Shown here piece by piece: positions 20,729 through 31,320 of a stretch of 64,000 bases of DNA. How positions within the stretch are numbered: the first letter of the stretch is position 1; the number at the start of each line of letters is the position of its first letter. Made by a program: the position numbers and the translations under genes. The notes below the pieces were generated by a model that made no database searches, was not told the DNA's origin, and saw nothing but the letters and a program-made list of their open reading frames with translations. Origin of the DNA: a virus; IMG/VR virus record IMGVR_UViG_3300021962_007571, positions 19,526 through 83,525 of that record; one strand, given 5' to 3'.

Positions 20729-21146
20729 TCAGTTATACGGAAAAAAATATGAAATTCCTGAAACTATTTTGAATCACTTAAATAATCATTCAGGGGAAGA
20801 GACTATTGATAACCTTTTAAAGTCTCCTGAAAATGGTATTTCATATTCTTTACTTAAAAAAATAAAACATAGAATGGAGAATGGTGAAAAACCTCAATTG
20901 GGTGGTGATACATTCTTAAATTGGATTAACAACACATTAACCTCAGATAGAAGCGGTGTAGAGATATCTAAACAAGCGAAGTCTGATGTATTGCCGAATT
21001 CTTATAATAAATCACCTAATGATGGAATTGATAGTTTAAAAAATATGAACCGACCATCAAAAAGTCATAGAAAACATATGACGGATGAACAAAGAATTAC
21101 GGAAAATTTAAAAAGAATAAACGAATTAATTTCTAAAATAATATAA
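20721..21146 (+). CDS. Hypothetical protein
   Basis: Overlapping operon arrangement. Confidence 0.55.
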   Translation: MNNQLYGKKYEIPETILNHLNNHSGEETIDNLLKSPENGISYSLLKKIKHRMENGEKPQLGGDTFLNWINNTLTSDRSGVEISKQAKSDVLPNSYNKSPNDGIDSLKNMNRPSKSHRKHMTDEQRITENLKRINELISKII

Positions 21147-21148
21147 CT

Positions 21149-21439
21149 ATGGCACAACAAGAACCAATAGATTTAGCACAAACAGAAAACAATACTCTAT
21201 CTGCAGTTGCTGAACAAGAAAGAAAAAAATTATTCCCAAGAAACGACTACAACACATCGAATAAATACTCTTCAGTTAATCCTGACGCATTAGCAACAGG
21301 TGACGAATTGGGTAAAGGTACTGGTGGTGATTTAGACGTTTATAATACTATCGCAGGTAGTAGTGTGGATAATATTGAAAGAAAAAATGAAATAAAAATC
21401 AACAAATTTAACGCAAGTAAAACATATCCTGATTTTTAA
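21149..21439 (+). CDS. Hypothetical protein
   Basis: Tight operon arrangement. Confidence 0.55.
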   Translation: MAQQEPIDLAQTENNTLSAVAEQERKKLFPRNDYNTSNKYSSVNPDALATGDELGKGTGGDLDVYNTIAGSSVDNIERKNEIKINKFNASKTYPDF

Positions 21440-21846
21440 TGAAATTAATTAACACCATAAAAACAATAATATCTGAAGCGGCTACTATCGAAGATATTAC
21501 AGATTCTATCAAAAATAGAAAAATCTGTATTATATACTATGATGGTGATGAACCTGGTGGTAGAGGGTTGCGTCAGATTGAACCTGTTTGTCTTGGTGTT
21601 AGTAAAGCGGGAAATAAAGTTTTAAGAGCTTGGGATGACGAAGGTTCTTCACATACCGCGTATAAAGGAGAACAACCATTACCTGGTTGGAGATTATTCC
21701 GACTTGATAAAATTTTATCTTTAAAACCTACAGGAGAAATTTACAATCAGCCAAGACCTGGTTATAATTTTACAGGAGATAAAACAATGGCAAGTGTTAT
21801 TATCAACGCAAAATTTAATAATCCACCAGAACAAAACGTAGCATAA
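21439..21846 (+). CDS. Stand-alone WYL-domain protein
   Basis: IYY...R.IEP..LG......LRAW....WRLFRLDKI. Confidence 0.8.
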   Translation: MKLINTIKTIISEAATIEDITDSIKNRKICIIYYDGDEPGGRGLRQIEPVCLGVSKAGNKVLRAWDDEGSSHTAYKGEQPLPGWRLFRLDKILSLKPTGEIYNQPRPGYNFTGDKTMASVIINAKFNNPPEQNVA

Positions 21847-21847
21847 T

Positions 21848-22420
21848 ATGAGTGATTTAATGTCTAAATTAGCAATATCTAAAGCCATTATGGATAAACA
21901 TAATGGGATTAACAGAGGAAGCGTTCCACAAGGAAACATACCGTCTATAAATCACCCCGAACTAAATGATTACTCCGCCCCTGAAGCCAAATATAACATA
22001 CCTCAAGATATGTTACAGGAAACTCAACAGGTGAAACCTATGAATATGGAAATTCCATCTAAAGATAGAATTCTTAATTCTAAATTACCTGACGAGATTA
22101 AAAGATTAATGATTGAAAACCCAATCGAATCTAAAAACCCATTAATGGGTGGTGGTGGTTCAGTATTATCTGACGAGTTAGTTGAGAAAGCAACAAAACT
22201 TATGGGTAATTCAAAACCACAACAACAACCACAAAGACAATCTAAACCAATTACTGAAGACTCTAATTTAAGAAAAATGATGAAAGAAGTAGTTGAAGAG
22301 GTGTTAAAAGAAAATGGTCTAATAGTCGAATCGACTTCAAAAACCAATGATATTATGGTTATTAAAGTTGGTCAACATTTATTTGAGGGTAAAATATCTA
22401 AGGTCAAAAAACTAAAATAA
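21848..22420 (+). CDS. Hypothetical protein
   Basis: Operon continuation. Confidence 0.55.
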   Translation: MSDLMSKLAISKAIMDKHNGINRGSVPQGNIPSINHPELNDYSAPEAKYNIPQDMLQETQQVKPMNMEIPSKDRILNSKLPDEIKRLMIENPIESKNPLMGGGGSVLSDELVEKATKLMGNSKPQQQPQRQSKPITEDSNLRKMMKEVVEEVLKENGLIVESTSKTNDIMVIKVGQHLFEGKISKVKKLK

Positions 22421-22471
22421 AACTTTCTTTCTTCGTATTTTTTTGTTATTCTTATATCAAACAATATTAGA

Positions 22472-23689
22472 ATGACAAAAATTAATGTACTAGTCTTACC
22501 ATCAGATAAAACGGGTGTTGGTAAATTTAGGTCTGTAGACCCTCACATCTTTTTACAAAAATTATATCCTGAAGATTTTCACGTAGATATTGATTACGAG
22601 CCAAAATTAAATGACCCTAACTATTGGAAGAAATACCAAATAGTTCATTTCCATAGAAATATTGGTCAAAACTACGAAGCGACTCCACAAATTTTAAAAT
22701 GGTTAAAGAGTCAAGGTATCATCACAATTGGTGATATTGATGACTATTGGATGCCCACCCAAGAACATCCAATCTATCATTTAATTCAACAACATAAACT
22801 AAATGAAAAGATTGTTAAAAATCTAAAAGAGGCGGAATACGTAACTACAACTACTAATCTATTTGCTAACGAAATTAAAAAGATTAATAAAAATGTTGTG
22901 GTGTTCCCTAACGCAATTGACCCAAGTGAACCCCAATTTTGTGAACCAACATTAGAAAGTGATAGACTTAGAATTGGTTGGTTAGGAGGTTCTTCTCACT
23001 TACACGACTTAATGTTAATTGATGGTTCCTTAAGTAAACTTGGTTCAGATAGAAATAATACTCAATTTGTTCTTTGCGGATTTGACACTAGAGGAACGGT
23101 AACAGAAATTAATAAGAATACAGGAGAACAAACTCAGAGACCTATTAGACCTGAAGAAACTGTTTGGGTTAAATACGAAAAAATTATGACAAGTAATTAT
23201 TACGGAGTGTCTGATGATTATTTAAAATTCTTAAACAAATATAAAGAAGAGGTTTATCCTAATGAAATTGACCAACCTTATTTGAGAGTTTGGACACGAC
23301 CTGTTACATCTTACGCTAAAAATTATTCAAAATTTGATGTATCTTTGGCACCAATTAAAAATCACATTTTCAATAGAATGAAATCTCAACTTAAAGTTAT
23401 TGAGGCAGGGTTTTATAAGAAAGCGTTAATCGCATCTGAAATTGGTCCATATACTATCGATTTAAAACACGCATATAAAGATGGACAATATACTAAAGGT
23501 GGTAACGCATTTTTAGTTAGTGAAAATAGAAATCATAGTGATTGGTATAAAAACATTAAAAGATTAATGAATAACCCTAATTTAGTTACAGATTTAGGGG
23601 AAAGTTTATACGAAACAGTTAAAGATACTTACGATTTAAATAATGTCACAAAAACAAGAGCTGAGTGGTACAAATCCTTAATTAAATAA
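22472..23689 (+). CDS. GT-B (GT4-like) glycosyltransferase
   Basis: DIDDYW, RIGWLGGSSHLHDL, DVSLAP...FN..KS.LK.IEAG. Confidence 0.85.
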   Translation: MTKINVLVLPSDKTGVGKFRSVDPHIFLQKLYPEDFHVDIDYEPKLNDPNYWKKYQIVHFHRNIGQNYEATPQILKWLKSQGIITIGDIDDYWMPTQEHPIYHLIQQHKLNEKIVKNLKEAEYVTTTTNLFANEIKKINKNVVVFPNAIDPSEPQFCEPTLESDRLRIGWLGGSSHLHDLMLIDGSLSKLGSDRNNTQFVLCGFDTRGTVTEINKNTGEQTQRPIRPEETVWVKYEKIMTSNYYGVSDDYLKFLNKYKEEVYPNEIDQPYLRVWTRPVTSYAKNYSKFDVSLAPIKNHIFNRMKSQLKVIEAGFYKKALIASEIGPYTIDLKHAYKDGQYTKGGNAFLVSENRNHSDWYKNIKRLMNNPNLVTDLGESLYETVKDTYDLNNVTKTRAEWYKSLIK

Positions 23690-23690
23690 T

Positions 23691-24392
23691 ATGATAAAAA
23701 TACCTATTACTAAAATTTTATTTTTAGACATTGAAACTGTTGGTGGTTGTAAAGATTATGAATCTTGTAAAACGAGTAACCCTAAAGTCGCTGAACAATT
23801 TATTAAATACATCGATTGGTTTCAAAAAAGATTTCCTGAAGATTCTCAATTATCTTTAGATGAGATATTCGCAAAGAGAACCGCACTTGTTCCTGAGTTT
23901 GCCAAAATTATTTGTGTTAGCGTAGCATTTGTTATGGATAACGGAGAAATAAAAAGACAAACATTTTCAGGTGACAATGAACAAGAATTATTATCAGGAG
24001 TTCAAAAATTATTAGATAGATGTGGTAAATTAGATTTCCATCTATGCGGACATAATCTTAAGAATTTTGACATTCCTATGTTGGCAAAACGTATGATTAT
24101 CAATGGATTATTACCACCGTCAATCTTACCTTCATACGACACTAAACCTTGGGAAATCAAAGCTATTGATACTAAAGAAATTTGGCAGTACGGAGCTTAC
24201 ACCGCCATAGGTTCATTAGATTTAATGTGTGCTTGTATGGATATTCCATCTCCAAAAGAAGGAGAAGTTACAGGGTCTAAAGTACACGACGCTTATTGGA
24301 ATAAAAATATGTTAAATGAAATTTCAGAATACTGTGAAAGAGATGTTGACGTATTAATAGACGCAATTAAAAAACTTAAAAATTTAAAATAA
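23691..24392 (+). CDS. PolB-related DnaQ-like 3'-5' exonuclease
   Basis: FLDIET, GHN...FDIP, YCERDV. Confidence 0.85.
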   Translation: MIKIPITKILFLDIETVGGCKDYESCKTSNPKVAEQFIKYIDWFQKRFPEDSQLSLDEIFAKRTALVPEFAKIICVSVAFVMDNGEIKRQTFSGDNEQELLSGVQKLLDRCGKLDFHLCGHNLKNFDIPMLAKRMIINGLLPPSILPSYDTKPWEIKAIDTKEIWQYGAYTAIGSLDLMCACMDIPSPKEGEVTGSKVHDAYWNKNMLNEISEYCERDVDVLIDAIKKLKNLK

Positions 24393-24393
24393 T

Positions 24394-24957
24394 ATGTTAG
24401 ATATCCAAAATATTGAAGATATGTTCGGAGATGACGAACAAGAACTTAAAGAAATGTTAAAAGGAATGGGGGTTGATTTAGATTCCCTTGAAAAAGAGTT
24501 TCAAGATTACAAACCAAAAAAAGAGTTAAGATATGAAACATTATCTTACGATACCGTTAAACCTAAATATAATTACCCTTCTGACTCAGGTTTTGACCTT
24601 CATTCAACAGAAGAAATTATTGTTGAGGCGTTTGGTAGAGCTTTAGTCCCTACAGGTTTGAAGTTTAATATACCAACAGGTACTGAAATACAAGTAAGAC
24701 CTAAAAGTGGTTTGGCAATCAATCAAGGACTTACCGTGTTAAATACTCCAGGTACTGTAGATTCAGGATATAATGGAGAGGTTAAGGTTATCATATTTAA
24801 CACGACAAAAGAACCATTTAAAATCACTAAAGGGATGAAAGTAGGACAAGCGGTATTGTGTCCCGTTATTAATGGTGAGTGGGTAGATTTAATTGAGGTT
24901 GACTCAGTTGAAAATAAAGATAGAGGAGAAAACGGATTTGGTTCCACAGGAATTTAA
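24394..24957 (+). CDS. dut: Trimeric dUTPase
   Basis: SGFDL, RPKSGLA, GTVDSGYNGE, RGENGFGSTG. Confidence 0.95.
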   Translation: MLDIQNIEDMFGDDEQELKEMLKGMGVDLDSLEKEFQDYKPKKELRYETLSYDTVKPKYNYPSDSGFDLHSTEEIIVEAFGRALVPTGLKFNIPTGTEIQVRPKSGLAINQGLTVLNTPGTVDSGYNGEVKVIIFNTTKEPFKITKGMKVGQAVLCPVINGEWVDLIEVDSVENKDRGENGFGSTGI

Positions 24958-24959
24958 TT

Positions 24960-25520
24960 ATGGATAATTTAATATATACAATGAGACCTAAAGGTACTCA
25001 TTTTGAAAAGGGATTTAGAGAGTTTTGTAACGAAATAAAACAAGTCATAGGGGAATCACCTGTTATTGTTGAGCTTGGTTCTTATATGGGAGAAAGTAGT
25101 TTAATATTTTCAGAAGAATTCCCAAACGCAAAAATTTACTGTATCGATACTTGGGAAGGCGGATTTGATAATTTAGATAGTTGTAGTAATCAAAATTATA
25201 ACCAGGTTGAATCTCAATTTGACCTAAGACTAAAACTATCTAATAATATTACAAAAATAAAAAGTCTATCTACAAGTGAAAAAATTGAGTGTGATTTAGT
25301 CTATATTGACGCCTGTCATAAATATGAATGCGTTAAGGAAGATATACTACATTGGTTACCATTAACTAAAAAAGTTATTTCTGGTCACGATTATTATACT
25401 AATCAATCGTTTATTAATAGTCATCCTCATATTGCAGGTGTTAAAGTTGCCGTTGACGAGTTTTTGGGTTCTCCTGATAAAACATTTGTGGACGGGTCTT
25501 GGTTTAAAATTAAAAGTTAA
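24960..25520 (+). CDS. Class I SAM methyltransferase (Methyltransf_24-like)
   Basis: VELGSYMGES, IDTW, YIDACH.YE.V..D, GHDY. Confidence 0.85.
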   Translation: MDNLIYTMRPKGTHFEKGFREFCNEIKQVIGESPVIVELGSYMGESSLIFSEEFPNAKIYCIDTWEGGFDNLDSCSNQNYNQVESQFDLRLKLSNNITKIKSLSTSEKIECDLVYIDACHKYECVKEDILHWLPLTKKVISGHDYYTNQSFINSHPHIAGVKVAVDEFLGSPDKTFVDGSWFKIKS

Positions 25521-25522
25521 AT

Positions 25523-26227
25523 ATGGTAACAGTACATATTATAACATATAATGAAGAAGTTATGATTGGTTTCTGCATTGAACATTACAGAAAAAAATTT
25601 CCAAATTGTATTATAAAGATTTATGACAATTATTCAACAGACAATACAGTCGCAATTGCTGAAGGTTATGGTTGTGAAATTTCAAATTACAATTCTTACG
25701 ATAAATTTGATGAACAAACTTTGATTAAATTAAAAGACACGTGTTGGAAAAATTCTGAAACGGATTGGGTTGTTGTTTGTGACTGTGATGAACTAATTGA
25801 TATAACCCAAGAAGAACTAGTTAATGAGCATAAAAACGGTACTACTTTGTTTAAATTCACAGGTTATAATATGGTAAACACTGGTGATACTATTAATTTA
25901 AATGAAATTTGTTACGGTTATGCCGATAATATATATGATAAAATATTATTATTTAATAAGTCAAAAATATCTGAAATAAACTATAGGCCAGGTTGTCACA
26001 CCGCAAAACCAAAAGGAATTATTAATTATAACGGTAACAATTATAATATGTTACATTATAAATTTTTAGGTGCGGAATATACCGTAAATAGATACAGATT
26101 GTTTGCAAATAGATTGTCAACCTTAAATATGAAAAAGAAATGGTCTATCCATTATACTGAACACGAATCAAATTTGTTAGAATTTTATAAACAAATACCG
26201 TCAAAAGATTTAAAAAAATTATTATAA
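25523..26227 (+). CDS. GT2 glycosyltransferase
   Basis: TYNEE, DNYSTDNT, WVVVCDCDE. Confidence 0.85.
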   Translation: MVTVHIITYNEEVMIGFCIEHYRKKFPNCIIKIYDNYSTDNTVAIAEGYGCEISNYNSYDKFDEQTLIKLKDTCWKNSETDWVVVCDCDELIDITQEELVNEHKNGTTLFKFTGYNMVNTGDTINLNEICYGYADNIYDKILLFNKSKISEINYRPGCHTAKPKGIINYNGNNYNMLHYKFLGAEYTVNRYRLFANRLSTLNMKKKWSIHYTEHESNLLEFYKQIPSKDLKKLL

Positions 26228-26230
26228 TTT

Positions 26231-27739
26231 ATGTTAACAATTATATACTCGACGCATAAAGATGCGGAATACAATAAAAAATTTAAAGAACATTTATTAC
26301 ATACCGTAGGTCTTAAAGATGTTCAAATATTAGAGTTTGTTAATCATAATGAATATTCTCTATCTGAAGTTTATAACAGTGGAATAACCCAATCAATTCA
26401 CAATATTATAGTTTGTTGTCATAATGATATTAAACTTGATAAAAATTGGGGTAAAAAATTATTATCCGAATTTTCAAATAATCCCGATTATGGTATAATT
26501 GGTAAAGCAGGTTCTTGTTATTTTCCTGAGTCAGGAATCTATTGGGAAAAAATGGGTCAAACAATGGTTGGACAAGTTTATCACCATCCACCAGGTCAAA
26601 AAAAATGGTTAAGCCGTTATTCGACAAAGATGCCCGATTTAATACCCGTAGTAACACTTGACGGACTATTCATATCGTTTGATAAAAATAAAATCAAACA
26701 TAACTTTGACGAATCTATTGGTAAATTCCACTTCTACGACCATCTATTCTGTGTTCCAAATTATTTGTCAGGAGTTAAGATTGGGGTTACAACTTCATTT
26801 GAAATAACTCACGAATCTGTAGGGCAACCAAATCAAGAGTTTTGGGATAGTAGAGAAAGATTTGTTGAGAAATGGGGAGATAAACTACCATTAGATTTAA
26901 AACCTAAGTCCCCATTAGTTGAAGAAATTAAAGAAAAAGAATTAAAAAATATTGGTAAGGTTGCGGTGATAATCCCAACCAAGGGTAAGGTTGATATGTT
27001 ATTTAATTGTATTAATTCTTTTTATGAGCATTGTAACCCTAATAATTTTGAAGTGTTTATTGCCGATACAGGGTCAACTTTAGAAGAAAAAGAATGGATT
27101 AAAAATAATATTTTAACATTAGGGAATGTTAATTTAATAGAATATGATTATTATAATTTCGCTAAAATTAACAATGATGTTGTTAAAAATCACATAGATA
27201 ATAATTTTGATTTTTTATTATTCTGTAATAACGATATTAAATTATTAAATAATGTTATATATGAAATGTTGTCTATCTTTAAACAAAAATCAAATGTAGG
27301 TACCGTAGGTGCTAGATTACATTACGAAGATAATACAATTCAACATAATGGAATTGTTCTATTTTTAGATAAAGAAAAACAAATACAGATTTCACATTTA
27401 GGTCTTAAAGGTTATTATAATTTTAATCGAGACACTACTGAAACAATTGGTAATACCGCAGCATTAATGATGATTAGAAAAAACATATTTACAAAGTGTG
27501 GTATGTTTAATGAAAATTATATTAATTGTTTTGAAGATGTGGAATTGAATTTTCAATGTATTTCTTATAACTTAAAAAACTACGTATCGGGTAAATCTGT
27601 CGCATATCATTATGAGTCTCAAACAAGAAATGATAATAGTAGTAAAATATCAGAATTACTTACTGACTATCGTGAAAGATTATTTCCATATATTACTCAA
27701 AATATAAAAAAATTACTTCCATATCTTAAAGGAGTTTAA
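26231..27739 (+). CDS. Two-domain GT-A glycosyltransferase
   Basis: N-domain YN.G...HNDI, LDG.F, FHFYD; C-domain VIIPT, NFAKINN, NNDI, FEDV. Confidence 0.85.
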   Translation: MLTIIYSTHKDAEYNKKFKEHLLHTVGLKDVQILEFVNHNEYSLSEVYNSGITQSIHNIIVCCHNDIKLDKNWGKKLLSEFSNNPDYGIIGKAGSCYFPESGIYWEKMGQTMVGQVYHHPPGQKKWLSRYSTKMPDLIPVVTLDGLFISFDKNKIKHNFDESIGKFHFYDHLFCVPNYLSGVKIGVTTSFEITHESVGQPNQEFWDSRERFVEKWGDKLPLDLKPKSPLVEEIKEKELKNIGKVAVIIPTKGKVDMLFNCINSFYEHCNPNNFEVFIADTGSTLEEKEWIKNNILTLGNVNLIEYDYYNFAKINNDVVKNHIDNNFDFLLFCNNDIKLLNNVIYEMLSIFKQKSNVGTVGARLHYEDNTIQHNGIVLFLDKEKQIQISHLGLKGYYNFNRDTTETIGNTAALMMIRKNIFTKCGMFNENYINCFEDVELNFQCISYNLKNYVSGKSVAYHYESQTRNDNSSKISELLTDYRERLFPYITQNIKKLLPYLKGV

Positions 27740-27819
27740 AATGAGAAATAAATTAACGAGTATTTAATCCTCTATTTATATCTCAATTAAAAACATTACA
27801 ATTATATAAAAAAACAAAT

Positions 27820-28557
27820 ATGACTGAGAGAAGAAAAAAAGTAACGACTCAACCACAAAAAGAAAATGAGTATAAACCGACACTATCTAAAAAAGAACTT
27901 ATTTCACAAATAATAAAGAAAAAAACCAAAGAAAAGTTCTTATCTGAAAGTCAAAGAAAGTATTATGATATTTTAACTAAAAATCAAATTACCATTTGTT
28001 CAGGACCTGCAGGTGTTGGTAAGAGTTATATCTCTATGAAAGCTGCGGTTGACTTATTATCCGACCCAACAACTCCTTACGAAAAAATTATTATTGTTAG
28101 ACCCGCAGTTGAAGCGGAAGAAAAACTTGGTTCTTTACCAGGTAATGTTGAGGAGAAATTGGACCCTTACATTTTCCCATCTTACTATCTATTAAACAAG
28201 ATAATCGGAAAAGAGACAAGAGAAAAATTAAAAGAGATTGAAGCTATTGAGGTGTTTGCCTTAGCTTATATGAGAGGTATGAACATTGACAATTCAATTT
28301 TAATTTTTGAAGAAGCTCAAAACTCAACACCAAGTCAAATGAAACTTTTATTAACCCGTATTGGGTTTAATTCTAAGTTTTTCTTATCGGGAGATTTAGA
28401 ACAGTTTGATAGACATAAAGATAAAACACAAACAGGATTATGGGACGCTCTTAAGAAATTTCAAAATGTAGACGATATTGGTACTTTTGAATTTAAACCT
28501 GAGGATGTAGTGAGAAACCCATTAATTAGTAGAATCTTAAAAAGATACGAAGAGTAA
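27820..28557 (+). CDS. phoH: PhoH-family ATPase
   Basis: GPAGVGKS, RPAVE, LGSLPG, YMRG, EAQN, LTRIG, GD..Q, VVRNP. Confidence 0.95.
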   Translation: MTERRKKVTTQPQKENEYKPTLSKKELISQIIKKKTKEKFLSESQRKYYDILTKNQITICSGPAGVGKSYISMKAAVDLLSDPTTPYEKIIIVRPAVEAEEKLGSLPGNVEEKLDPYIFPSYYLLNKIIGKETREKLKEIEAIEVFALAYMRGMNIDNSILIFEEAQNSTPSQMKLLLTRIGFNSKFFLSGDLEQFDRHKDKTQTGLWDALKKFQNVDDIGTFEFKPEDVVRNPLISRILKRYEE

Positions 28558-28585
28558 TAATACTCTTATTAGAAAAAACAAATTT

Positions 28586-29188
28586 ATGAGAATTGGTATT
28601 GAAATAAATGGTGTATTGAGAAATACAATAGGTAAACTAGAGTTAGTTTATCAGAAATACCTTATTGACAAAACTGAGGGTATTGAAGAAGAAAATACAT
28701 TTAAATATGAAATGATTTTACCCGTAACTAGTTTAAATTTAAGAGACCATTTTAAATTTGAAAACGATGAGGAGTTTTTTTCTTTCTTATATGAAGAATT
28801 TCCTATGGAAATATTTGGTCACGCAGGTTCGACAGAAACAATGACTTTTAACGACTTTAATGAATTTTACGTAGATAATAGAACTGAACACGACATTGTT
28901 ATTGTTTCAGATGAAATTGGTAAATCAAAACCAGCTTCATTATTTTTCTTATCTAAATTTGGATGTTTAACAGAAAAAGTAAAATTTTATAGTAATACTA
29001 CAATAAATTCAATGTGGGATGAAATAGACATTTTACTTACGTCTAACCCTACCTTATTATTAGAACATCCGAAGAATAAAATTGTTGTAAAATATGTTAC
29101 AGAATATAACAAAGATATTGAAAGTGAATATGAAATTACAACACTTAAAGACTTAAATGATAAACTAAAACAAATATGGACACAATGA
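28586..29188 (+). CDS. HAD/5'(3')-nucleotidase-like protein with a degenerate catalytic motif
   Basis: RIGIEINGVLRN in place of IGIDxDGVL. Confidence 0.6.
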   Translation: MRIGIEINGVLRNTIGKLELVYQKYLIDKTEGIEEENTFKYEMILPVTSLNLRDHFKFENDEEFFSFLYEEFPMEIFGHAGSTETMTFNDFNEFYVDNRTEHDIVIVSDEIGKSKPASLFFLSKFGCLTEKVKFYSNTTINSMWDEIDILLTSNPTLLLEHPKNKIVVKYVTEYNKDIESEYEITTLKDLNDKLKQIWTQ

Positions 29189-29457
29189 TGTTTAAAATAA
29201 TGAATGAACACTATTTTTTAGATTTGGACGAAATAGATAATTTCATTCAGATTAAATCAAACCCAACTACGGGGGAAACAAGTGATAATCATATCAGTAT
29301 TGTAAAATACGAAACAATTAAATTAATGTTAGAAGTATTAATGGATGGTAATGAAGAAGTTGATGAAGCCTTAGGACAAAAGGGTTCAGGACTTTCAATA
29401 CCATTTAAATTGGCCTTTAACACACTATTAAGTAAAAAACTATTAAAATCATTTTAA
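29176..29457 (+). CDS. Hypothetical protein
   Basis: Operon continuation. Confidence 0.55.
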   Translation: MDTMMFKIMNEHYFLDLDEIDNFIQIKSNPTTGETSDNHISIVKYETIKLMLEVLMDGNEEVDEALGQKGSGLSIPFKLAFNTLLSKKLLKSF

Positions 29458-29459
29458 TT

Positions 29460-30515
29460 ATGGAAGATAACAGAATATTAAAACTAGAGAAATCAATCGA
29501 AAACTTAAAAGATAAAAAATGTCGAATTTATCTATTTGTACAGGATACAAAAGGTAACCCTAAAGCTGGTGTACGATATATGTACCAAATGGGTATGTCA
29601 TTAAAAAATCAAGGATTTAATCCTATTATGCTTCACGAAAAACCCGAATACATTGGTGTTAAAGAATGGTTGGGTGAGGAGTATATGGAATTACCTCATA
29701 AACCAATTGAAGGTCAAAATTTAGAGATTTCACCTGAAGACTTTATTGTCATCCCTGAAATTTTTGGTTTCATTATGGAACAAATTAAAGATTTACCTTG
29801 TGCTAAAATTGTACTTTGTCAGGCTTATGACCATATGATGGAAACTTTACAACCAGGGTTTGGTTGGGCTAACTATGGATTTTACAAGTGTATCACAACT
29901 TCAGAATTCCAAAAAGATTATATCTCAGGTGTTATGAAAAATGTGTCAATTGACATCTTAAAACCATACATCTCTGAAAGATTTGTTAAATCAGAATATC
30001 CTCAAAAACCTATTGTGGCAGTTCATTCAAGAGACCAAAGAAAAACATTAAACTTTATTAAAACTTTTTATCTTAAATTCCCTCAATATAGATGGATTAC
30101 TTTTAGAGATATGAGAGGTTTAAGTGAAGAAGACTTCTCAAGTTTCTTAAAAGATTGTTTCTTAAGTGTTTGGATAGACGACACCAGTGGTTTTGGAACT
30201 TTTCCATTAGAATCAATGACTTGTGGAGTTCCTGTTATTGGAACAATACCTTCTTTATTCCCTCATTGGATGAATGAAGACAACGGATTATGGATTAGTG
30301 AGGAAACTAAATTAACTGATTATACCGCAGACTTTATTCAAAATTGGTTGGAGGATAACATTAAACCAGAATTATACGATAAAATTAACGAAACAGTCGC
30401 AACTTTATCTAATAAAACTGAATTTGAGACGACCTTAGTTTCTTTATTTAACAATTATTTAGAAACAAGAGAAAAATCATTCACAGAACAATTAAATAAA
30501 TTAAAATCAGAATAA
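29460..30515 (+). CDS. GT-B (GT4-like) glycosyltransferase
   Basis: GVR.MY, VIPE, GFGTFPLESM.CG.PVIG. Confidence 0.8.
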   Translation: MEDNRILKLEKSIENLKDKKCRIYLFVQDTKGNPKAGVRYMYQMGMSLKNQGFNPIMLHEKPEYIGVKEWLGEEYMELPHKPIEGQNLEISPEDFIVIPEIFGFIMEQIKDLPCAKIVLCQAYDHMMETLQPGFGWANYGFYKCITTSEFQKDYISGVMKNVSIDILKPYISERFVKSEYPQKPIVAVHSRDQRKTLNFIKTFYLKFPQYRWITFRDMRGLSEEDFSSFLKDCFLSVWIDDTSGFGTFPLESMTCGVPVIGTIPSLFPHWMNEDNGLWISEETKLTDYTADFIQNWLEDNIKPELYDKINETVATLSNKTEFETTLVSLFNNYLETREKSFTEQLNKLKSE

Positions 30516-30516
30516 T

Positions 30517-31320
30517 ATGGAAAACACATTTAACGTATCAGTAATATTACCAATTAAAACCGCAACGTCTAAAGATTTTGAGGATTTATTTGCTAAAGCT
30601 ATAACATCAATTAAAGAACAAAAAACTAAAGTTAACGAATTAGTAATTGTATATACAAACGAAGAACTTTTAACTAAAAAAATCAACGAGTTTGATTTTG
30701 GAGATTTAAATGTTAAAAAATTAGTTTGGGAACAAGAACCTAACTTCTCAAACCAAGTTAATTTTGGTGTTGAGAACGCATCATCAGAATGGGTATCTTT
30801 CTTTGAATTTGATGACGAGTATTCAAACATTTGGTTTAAGAATGTAGAGAAATATTCTTCAATCTATAAAGATGTTAACGCATTCCTTCCTATCGTAGTT
30901 GATGTTGATGCTAAAGGTGGATTTGCTGGTTTTACAAACGAGGCAACATTCGCATCAAACTTCTCACAAGAAATGGGATTTTTAACTAACGAAACACTAC
31001 ACGATTTTCAAAACTTTCAAACTTCAGGTATGGTTATTAAAAAATCAACAATCACTGAATTTGGAGGACTTAAATCTAATTTTAAATTAACTTTTGTGTA
31101 CGAATTTTTATTAAGACTGACATTCAACTCTGTAAGAATAATGACAATACCTAAGATAGGTTATAAACACGTTAATCTCAGAGAAGGTTCAATATTTTGG
31201 AACTACAAATACGGTTCAGATATCTTGTCCGAAAATGAGGTTAAATTTTGGATTGAATCTGCAAAGAAAGAGTATTTTTTTAAAGACGAAAGACCATTAA
31301 ACTATGAACCACAAATTTAA
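30517..31320 (+). CDS. GT2-like glycosyltransferase
   Basis: VSVILP, N.G...A..EW..F.E.DD, EF.LRL. Confidence 0.75.
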   Translation: MENTFNVSVILPIKTATSKDFEDLFAKAITSIKEQKTKVNELVIVYTNEELLTKKINEFDFGDLNVKKLVWEQEPNFSNQVNFGVENASSEWVSFFEFDDEYSNIWFKNVEKYSSIYKDVNAFLPIVVDVDAKGGFAGFTNEATFASNFSQEMGFLTNETLHDFQNFQTSGMVIKKSTITEFGGLKSNFKLTFVYEFLLRLTFNSVRIMTIPKIGYKHVNLREGSIFWNYKYGSDILSENEVKFWIESAKKEYFFKDERPLNYEPQI

